From an uncultured Candidatus Actinomarina sp. (lineage in GTDB: Bacteria; Actinomycetota; Acidimicrobiia; Actinomarinales; Actinomarinaceae), in NCBI GenBank assembly GCA_902596545.1, contig CACJUH010000001.1, positions 6,858-70,857 on the forward strand: a stretch of 64,000 nt of DNA. Reading direction: 5' to 3'. Below, piece by piece: positions 57,910 to 64,000 of the stretch; position 1 is the stretch's first letter, and each line of letters opens with the position of its first letter. The notes below the pieces were generated by a model. The model saw only the letters and a program-made list of their open reading frames with translations. It was not told the DNA's origin and searched no databases. The position numbers and the translations under genes were made by a program.

Positions 57910-60900
57910 ATGGAAAAAATATTTGATGAGTTAAGTATTAGTCTTGCAACATCTGATCAAATGAGAAGTTGGTCATTTGGAGAAGTAAAGAAGCCTGAAA
58001 CAATCAACTATAGAACTTTGAAGCCTGAAAAAGACGGACTTTTTGATGAAAGAATATTTGGACCAACAAAAGATTGGGAATGTTCATGTGGAAGATATAA
58101 GAGAATCAGGTATAGGGGCATTGTTTGTGAGAGATGCGGAGTTGAGGTAACAAGAAGAGAAGTAAGGCGAGAAAGAATGGGGCATATAGAACTAGCTGCT
58201 CCAGTAACTCATATTTGGTATTTTAAAGGTGTACCAAGTCGCTTAGGTTATTTTCTTGATATGTCTCCAAAAGAATTGGAAAAAGTAATTTATTTTGCAG
58301 CCTATTTAGTAGTTTCCATTGATGCCAAGAAGCGAACAAAAGACCTAGCAGAACTTGAAGAAGCTGTTGTTGCAGAAGTAGAGATTGTTAATGAAGATTT
58401 TGAAGAGTGGGAACAAAAGAGAATTAAACAAATGGATACAGAAATTAAAGCTATGGAAAATGCCAAAATTCCAGAACCTGAGATCCAAATTAGAAAAAAA
58501 GAAGTTGAGAAAGAAATAAAGCAAAAAAAAGCTAAGTCAGATGCTGAAATTAAAGTTATTGAAGAGGCATTTTCAACTTTAAAAACTCTTAAGCCAAAGA
58601 CATTAATTGAAAATGATACTTTATGGCGAGAAATGATAGATAAGTATGACGAATACTTTACTGGTGGTATGGGAGCTGAATCAGTAAGAGAACTTGTACA
58701 ATTAGTAGATTTGAAAGCAGAAATGGAAAAACTTGAGAGCGATTTAGAGTCAAAGTCTGCACAAAGAAGACAGCGCGCAATTCAAAGAATGAAAGTAATT
58801 AAGCCATTTGCTGATGGAAAGAATCCTCCAGAAGCAATGATCCTTGAGGTTATACCCGTTATCCCTCCAGAACTACGACCAATGGTTCAACTTGACGGTG
58901 GGAGATTTGCAACATCAGATTTAAATGATTTATATAGAAGACTAATTAATAGAAACAACAGACTTAAAAAATTAATTGAACTCGGTGCTCCAGAAATAAT
59001 TATCAGTAATGAAAAAAGAATGTTACAAGAATCTGTTGATGCTCTTTTCGATAATGGAAGAAGAGGAAGAGCAGTCGCAGGCGCTGGAGGTAGAGGTCTC
59101 AAGTCACTTTCTGATATGTTAAAAGGAAAGCAAGGTAGGTTCCGTCAAAATCTTCTAGGAAAAAGAGTTGATTACTCAGCTAGATCTGTAATTGTTGTTG
59201 GTCCTCATCTCGAACTGCAACAATGTGGCTTACCTAAAATGATGGCTTTAGAACTTTTTAAACCATTTGTAATGAAAAGACTGGTTGAACTTGGTTTAGC
59301 CCAAAACATCAAATCTGCAAAACGTATGGTGGAAAGATCACGAGCACAAGTTTGGGATGTTTTGGCTGAAGTAATTGAAGAACATCCAGTCCTACTTAAT
59401 AGAGCTCCAACTTTGCACAGATTAGGTATCCAAGCATTTGAACCAATATTAGTTGAAGGCAAAGCAATTCAAGTTCATCCATTAGTTTGCGAGGCATTTA
59501 ATGCTGACTTTGATGGTGACCAAATGGCAGTTCACGTTCCACTTTCTGCTGAAGCCCAAGCTGAAGCAAGAGTTTTAATGCTATCAACCAATAACGTGCT
59601 ATCACCAGCATCTGGAAACCCGATTGTTTCTCCAAGTCAAGATATGGTTATCGGTCTTTATTACATAACTGAGTGCCATGATGACTTAGAATCAGCAAGT
59701 TTAAACTTTGTTGATTTTAATGAGGCTCAGATAGCTTATGAAAGTGGTCATATTGGACTTCAAACACCTATTAATGTTCGAGTTGGTGACCTTGCAGGTA
59801 GTTCTGAAATGCATAGTGAGTTAAAAGGAAGATTTTCAGAGTTAATTACTGAAGAACCAGTAGATGGTACAAAGTTAATGAAAACTACATTAGGTAGAAT
59901 GCACTTTAATTCAATACTTCCTGAAGACTTTCCTTACGTCCAAGCTTCTGTAAGAAAACCAGAAATGAAAAAAATTATTTCTGAAGTAATCGAAAGATAC
60001 AACAAAGCGGAATTGAGAATATTCCTTGATTCGATGAAATCAGTTGGGTTTAAATATGGTGCAAAGGCTGGCCTCACAGTTGCAATGAATGATGTAAAAA
60101 CACCTCCAAGCAAAAATCAAATTTTAGAAAAATATGAAAATGAAGCTGAGAAAGTTGAAAAACTTTATAAAGATGACATTATTACTGAAACAGAGAGAAA
60201 ACAAAAAATAATTGAAATTTGGAATGAAGCTACAGATCAAGTCCAATATGCCATGAGCGCTGAACTTGAATCAGAAAAATTCAACCCTGTTGATATGATG
60301 GTTAAGTCCGGAGCTCGTGGAAATATGATGCAGGTCAGACAGTTAGCTGGTATGAGAGGTCTTGTTGCAAATCCAAAAGGTGACATTATTGAAAGACCTA
60401 TTAAGAGTAACTTCCGAGAAGGCATGTCAGTTCTTGAGTATTTTATTTCTACTCATGGTGCGAGAAAAGGTTTGGCTGATACTGCTCTTAGAACTGCAGA
60501 CTCAGGATATCTTACAAGAAGACTCGTTGATGTTGCTGCTGGAATTGTTGTAAAAGATTTAGGAGATGAAAATATTGACTGGAGAGGTACGACAAAGAAC
60601 GTTATGCATGATGGTAAAGTCAGCCGTTATTTGCATTCAACATTATACGGTAGAGTGCTTTCCGAAGATGTAAAAGTAGATAAAAAAATTGTGGAGCTTG
60701 ATGATGGCACAAAACTATCTAAAGGTACTTTCGTAGATGCTGAAGTTTTAGATGCTATTGGTAAATCTGGCGTAGAGAGTGTTAATGTTTTGACACCTTT
60801 CAACTCATTACATCCTGAATCTATGGATCCACTTTGTTATGGATTCAGTTTGGCTACTGGAAAACCAGTCGAAGTCGGTGAAGCAGTTGGTATCATATCA

Positions 60901-61824
60901 GCCCAGTCAATTGGTGAACCTGGAACTCAATTAACAATGAGAACTTTTCACACTGGTGGAGTTGTTGGATTAGATATCACCTCTGGGCTGCCAAGAATAG
61001 TAGAGCTTTTTGAAGCAAGAACTCCAAAAGGTAAAGCTGTATTGTCTCCAATAAATGGAAAAGTTAAATCTGTTGATGTAACTCCTGAAGGTAACAAAAA
61101 TGTTTTTATTGCAAATGAAAAAGAAGAGGTTGAGTTATTAGTTTTAAGAAGGCAGACTCTTTTAGTTAATCAAGGAGATAGTGTCAATGCTGGAGATTCT
61201 TTAACTACAGGACCTAAAGACCCTAAAGAAGTTTTACAAATAAATGGTGTAAAAACTTGTCAAGAATATTTGGTTGACGAAGTCCAAAAGACTTATAGAG
61301 ACCAAGGAGTTGAAGTTCATGACAAGCATGTTGAAATGATTGTTCGACAAATGTTAAGAAGGGTAAGAATTGTTAAGTCAAACAATTCTGATTTCTTACC
61401 AAACGAACTTGTTGATGCAACATTGTTTAGAAAGACTAACCAAGAGTTAGTCAAAGATGGAAAAGTACCTGCTGAAGGAAGACCAGAGCTTATGGGTATC
61501 ACAAAAGCTAGCCTTGCAACAGACTCATGGTTATCAGCAGCCTCTTTCCAAGAAACAACAAGAGTACTAACTGAAGCAGCAATGAAGAGAAGCAATGATT
61601 CTCTGAGCGGCTTAAAAGAGAATGTTATTATTGGTACTTTGATCCCAGCTGGTACTGGATCAGAAGCATATCAATCATATACACCATCTTTACCAGATGC
61701 TCCTGAGGTTTCAGAATTAGGGTTTATGACATCTACTACAGAGGAATCTGAGGAAGATGCTTTGCCAAATCCTGCGCAATGGTTAGCTATGTTAGGTGAG
61801 GAAAAAGAGGAAGAAAACGAGTAA
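57910..61824 (+). CDS. rpoC: RNA polymerase beta' subunit
   Basis: KPETINYRT, Zn finger, [15 protein letters not shown]; actinobacterial-type coiled-coil insertion near the N-terminus. Confidence 0.98.
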   Translation: MEKIFDELSISLATSDQMRSWSFGEVKKPETINYRTLKPEKDGLFDERIFGPTKDWECSCGRYKRIRYRGIVCERCGVEVTRREVRRERMGHIELAAPVTHIWYFKGVPSRLGYFLDMSPKELEKVIYFAAYLVVSIDAKKRTKDLAELEEAVVAEVEIVNEDFEEWEQKRIKQMDTEIKAMENAKIPEPEIQIRKKEVEKEIKQKKAKSDAEIKVIEEAFSTLKTLKPKTLIENDTLWREMIDKYDEYFTGGMGAESVRELVQLVDLKAEMEKLESDLESKSAQRRQRAIQRMKVIKPFADGKNPPEAMILEVIPVIPPELRPMVQLDGGRFATSDLNDLYRRLINRNNRLKKLIELGAPEIIISNEKRMLQESVDALFDNGRRGRAVAGAGGRGLKSLSDMLKGKQGRFRQNLLGKRVDYSARSVIVVGPHLELQQCGLPKMMALELFKPFVMKRLVELGLAQNIKSAKRMVERSRAQVWDVLAEVIEEHPVLLNRAPTLHRLGIQAFEPILVEGKAIQVHPLVCEAFNADFDGDQMAVHVPLSAEAQAEARVLMLSTNNVLSPASGNPIVSPSQDMVIGLYYITECHDDLESASLNFVDFNEAQIAYESGHIGLQTPINVRVGDLAGSSEMHSELKGRFSELITEEPVDGTKLMKTTLGRMHFNSILPEDFPYVQASVRKPEMKKIISEVIERYNKAELRIFLDSMKSVGFKYGAKAGLTVAMNDVKTPPSKNQILEKYENEAEKVEKLYKDDIITETERKQKIIEIWNEATDQVQYAMSAELESEKFNPVDMMVKSGARGNMMQVRQLAGMRGLVANPKGDIIERPIKSNFREGMSVLEYFISTHGARKGLADTALRTADSGYLTRRLVDVAAGIVVKDLGDENIDWRGTTKNVMHDGKVSRYLHSTLYGRVLSEDVKVDKKIVELDDGTKLSKGTFVDAEVLDAIGKSGVESVNVLTPFNSLHPESMDPLCYGFSLATGKPVEVGEAVGIISAQSIGEPGTQLTMRTFHTGGVVGLDITSGLPRIVELFEARTPKGKAVLSPINGKVKSVDVTPEGNKNVFIANEKEEVELLVLRRQTLLVNQGDSVNAGDSLTTGPKDPKEVLQINGVKTCQEYLVDEVQKTYRDQGVEVHDKHVEMIVRQMLRRVRIVKSNNSDFLPNELVDATLFRKTNQELVKDGKVPAEGRPELMGITKASLATDSWLSAASFQETTRVLTEAAMKRSNDSLSGLKENVIIGTLIPAGTGSEAYQSYTPSLPDAPEVSELGFMTSTTEESEEDALPNPAQWLAMLGEEKEEENE

Positions 61825-61915
61825 AAACTTATAAAGAAAAGGTTGTTGTAAGTTTAAATTCGTCATATACTACTTTTTCGGTAAGCCAATAATACAAAAA
61901 TTGATTGGATAATTT

Positions 61916-62284
61916 ATGCCTACTATACAACAGTTGGTCAGAAAAGGAAGAAAGTCCAAAGTGTCAAAAGAAAAGACACCTGGACTTAAAGGTTCGCCTC
62001 AAAGAAGAGGTGTTTGTACTCGTGTATATACTGTGACGCCAAAAAAACCAAACTCTGCATTAAGAAAAGTATGTAGAGTAAGACTTTCAACCGGTACTGA
62101 GGTAACTGCATATATACCAGGAGAAGGACACAACTTACAGGAACATTCTATAGTACTAGTAAGAGGTGGAAGAGTTAAAGACCTTCCTGGTGTTAGATAC
62201 AAAGTTATCAGAGGTGCATTAGACACATCCGGAGTTTCTGATAGAAAACAAGCTAGGTCAAGGTACGGTAGTAAAAAGGGTTAA
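61916..62284 (+). CDS. rpsL: 30S ribosomal protein S12
   Basis: [30 protein letters not shown]. Confidence 0.99.
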   Translation: MPTIQQLVRKGRKSKVSKEKTPGLKGSPQRRGVCTRVYTVTPKKPNSALRKVCRVRLSTGTEVTAYIPGEGHNLQEHSIVLVRGGRVKDLPGVRYKVIRGALDTSGVSDRKQARSRYGSKKG

Positions 62285-62287
62285 GTT

Positions 62288-62755
62288 ATGAGAAGAGGAC
62301 CATCACTAAAACGAAAAGCTGAACCAGATCCCATTTACAACAGTGTTTTAGTATCTCAAATAATAAATCAAGTTCTTTTAGACGGTAAAAAAGATTTAGC
62401 AAGCGGTATAGTTTATGGCGCTTTGGAACTAGTTCAAAAACAAGCAGGATCCGATGCTATGGATGTCTTAAAAGATGCCTTTGAAAATGTTAAACCTCAA
62501 ATAGAGACTAAATCAAGAAGAGTAGGCGGAACAAACTATCAAGTACCGATGGAAGTTCCAAATAGAAGGAGTACAACGCTTGCAATCCGATGGATTGTTG
62601 ATTCATCAAGAAAAAGAGGTGAAAAGACCATGTCAGAGCGTCTTGGTAGAGAGATACTCGATGCTAGTAACAAAACTGGTGCCTCAGTTAAAAAAAGAGA
62701 AGACGTACACAAAATGGCCGAATCAAATAGAGCATTTGCTCATTACAGGTGGTAA
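62288..62755 (+). CDS. rpsG: 30S ribosomal protein S7
   Basis: [26 protein letters not shown]. Confidence 0.98.
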   Translation: MRRGPSLKRKAEPDPIYNSVLVSQIINQVLLDGKKDLASGIVYGALELVQKQAGSDAMDVLKDAFENVKPQIETKSRRVGGTNYQVPMEVPNRRSTTLAIRWIVDSSRKRGEKTMSERLGREILDASNKTGASVKKREDVHKMAESNRAFAHYRW

Positions 62756-62759
62756 AAAA

Positions 62760-64000
62760 ATGAGTAGAGAAGTTGAATTAAACAATTTAAGAAATATCGG
62801 AATCATGGCTCATATTGATGCTGGAAAAACAACATTGACCGAAAGAATTTTATATTACACAGGCAAAACTTACAAAATTGGAGAAGTTCATGATGGTGCT
62901 GCTGTTATGGATTGGATGGAGCAGGAGCAAGAAAGAGGGATAACTATTACCTCTGCTGCAACAACATGTTCTTGGAACAAGCACACAATTAATATTATCG
63001 ATACTCCAGGACACGTTGATTTTACTGTCGAGGTTGAAAGATCATTAAGAGTGCTTGATGGGGCAGTTGCAGTTTTTGATGGAGTTGCTGGTGTAGAGCC
63101 TCAGTCTGAAACAGTATGGAGACAGGCAGATAAATATAATGTACCAAGAATATGTTTTGTTAATAAATTAGACCGTACTGGTGCAGATTTTGATTTCGAT
63201 GTTCAATCTATTGTTGAAAGGCTAGAAGCAAAGCCCGCAGTACTTCATATTCCAATAGGTTCTGAAGCAGATTTTATAGGTGTGATCGATCTTGTCGAAA
63301 TGAAAGCCCATACATGGTCAAAAGATGATGGAACAGAATGGGATATCTCTGATATTCCAGATGATAAATTAGAAGAAGCACAGTTAAAAAGACAAGAGTT
63401 GCTTGATATAGTTGCTGAAGCCGATGATGATGTTTTAGAAAAATATTTTGCTGATGAAGAACTTTCAGTTGAAGATATTAAAAAAGCTATTAGAAAAGGT
63501 ACGCTCGATGGATTATTTGTACCAGTATTAGCTGGTAGTGCGTTTAAGAATAAAGGTGTACAACTTTTATTAGATGCTGTTGTTGATTATCTTCCGTCAC
63601 CTTTAGATATTGATGCTGTTACAGGATTTAAGCCTGGCGATGAAGAAAATGAACTCGTAAGAGAGCATAGTGACGAAGATCCATTCTCAGCCTTGGCATT
63701 TAAAGTAGTTAGTGATCCGCATGTTGGTAAATTGACTTACTTTAGAGTTTATTCAGGCACACTTAATAAAGGAGATAAAGTAACTAACACAACAACAGGT
63801 AAAGAAGAGAGACTTGGAAGAATTTTAAGAATGCACTCTAATTCAAGAGAAGATATAGATTTTATTTGCGCTGGAGATATTGTTGCTGGCGTAGGACTCA
63901 AAAATGCTAAGACGGGGGATACTTTATCAGCCTCATCAGACTTAATTCAATTAGAATCAATGACTTTTCCAGAACCTGTAATATCTGTAGCAATTGAGCC
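62760..64000 (+). CDS. fusA: Elongation factor G, truncated by window edge
   Basis: ATG 62760: [25 protein letters not shown]...ERGITI...DTPGHVDF...NKLD; runs to the end of the window. Confidence 0.97.
   Translation, partial: MSREVELNNLRNIGIMAHIDAGKTTLTERILYYTGKTYKIGEVHDGAAVMDWMEQEQERGITITSAATTCSWNKHTINIIDTPGHVDFTVEVERSLRVLDGAVAVFDGVAGVEPQSETVWRQADKYNVPRICFVNKLDRTGADFDFDVQSIVERLEAKPAVLHIPIGSEADFIGVIDLVEMKAHTWSKDDGTEWDISDIPDDKLEEAQLKRQELLDIVAEADDDVLEKYFADEELSVEDIKKAIRKGTLDGLFVPVLAGSAFKNKGVQLLLDAVVDYLPSPLDIDAVTGFKPGDEENELVREHSDEDPFSALAFKVVSDPHVGKLTYFRVYSGTLNKGDKVTNTTTGKEERLGRILRMHSNSREDIDFICAGDIVAGVGLKNAKTGDTLSASSDLIQLESMTFPEPVISVAIE

Noticed and set aside
1156-62226. Many short antisense or out-of-frame ORFs inside long genes (e.g. 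1156-1464, 6608-6946, 35459-35887, 53926-54318)
   Set aside because: They are shadows of well-supported genes on the other strand or frame, with no recognisable motifs.
1-64000. CRISPR arrays, IS elements, prophage or defence systems
   Set aside because: No spaced direct repeats, transposase, integrase, phage or nuclease-type genes were recognised by eye; short or degenerate elements could have been missed.

Overview
AT-rich, gene-dense bacterial DNA whose ribosomal and RNA-polymerase proteins are actinobacterial. This best fits a streamlined marine Acidimicrobiia genome such as 'Ca. Actinomarina' (inference). In order, the window holds: the end of a branched-chain amino-acid ABC locus; rex; a MenJ/geranylgeranyl-reductase-like gene; a complete 14-subunit nuoA-N operon with a perfect Rex operator; accessory genes; an iron/haem locus (YbaN, a degenerate DtxR-family regulator, two unannotated Cys-Pro small ORFs, ferrochelatase, and an Fe3+ ABC transporter with a collagen-like stalk); a heliorhodopsin; a second 11-subunit nuo operon lacking nuoEFG and ending in an NDUFAF7/MidA-type methyltransferase; and the conserved tRNA-rpmG-secE-nusG-rplKAJL-rpoBC-rpsL-rpsG-fusA block with an ECF sigma/anti-sigma pair inside it. 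The strongest leads are four. (1) Only the second NuoD keeps the Arg that NDUFAF7 methylates, and it has Trp in place of the quinone-binding Tyr. (2) The iron locus has a shared candidate operator, a regulator missing metal ligands, and two tiny Cys-Pro peptides. (3) nuoN2 appears to start at ATT. (4) Many genes look leaderless. No CRISPR array, IS element or prophage was seen. All calls come from reading the sequence; no searches were run.
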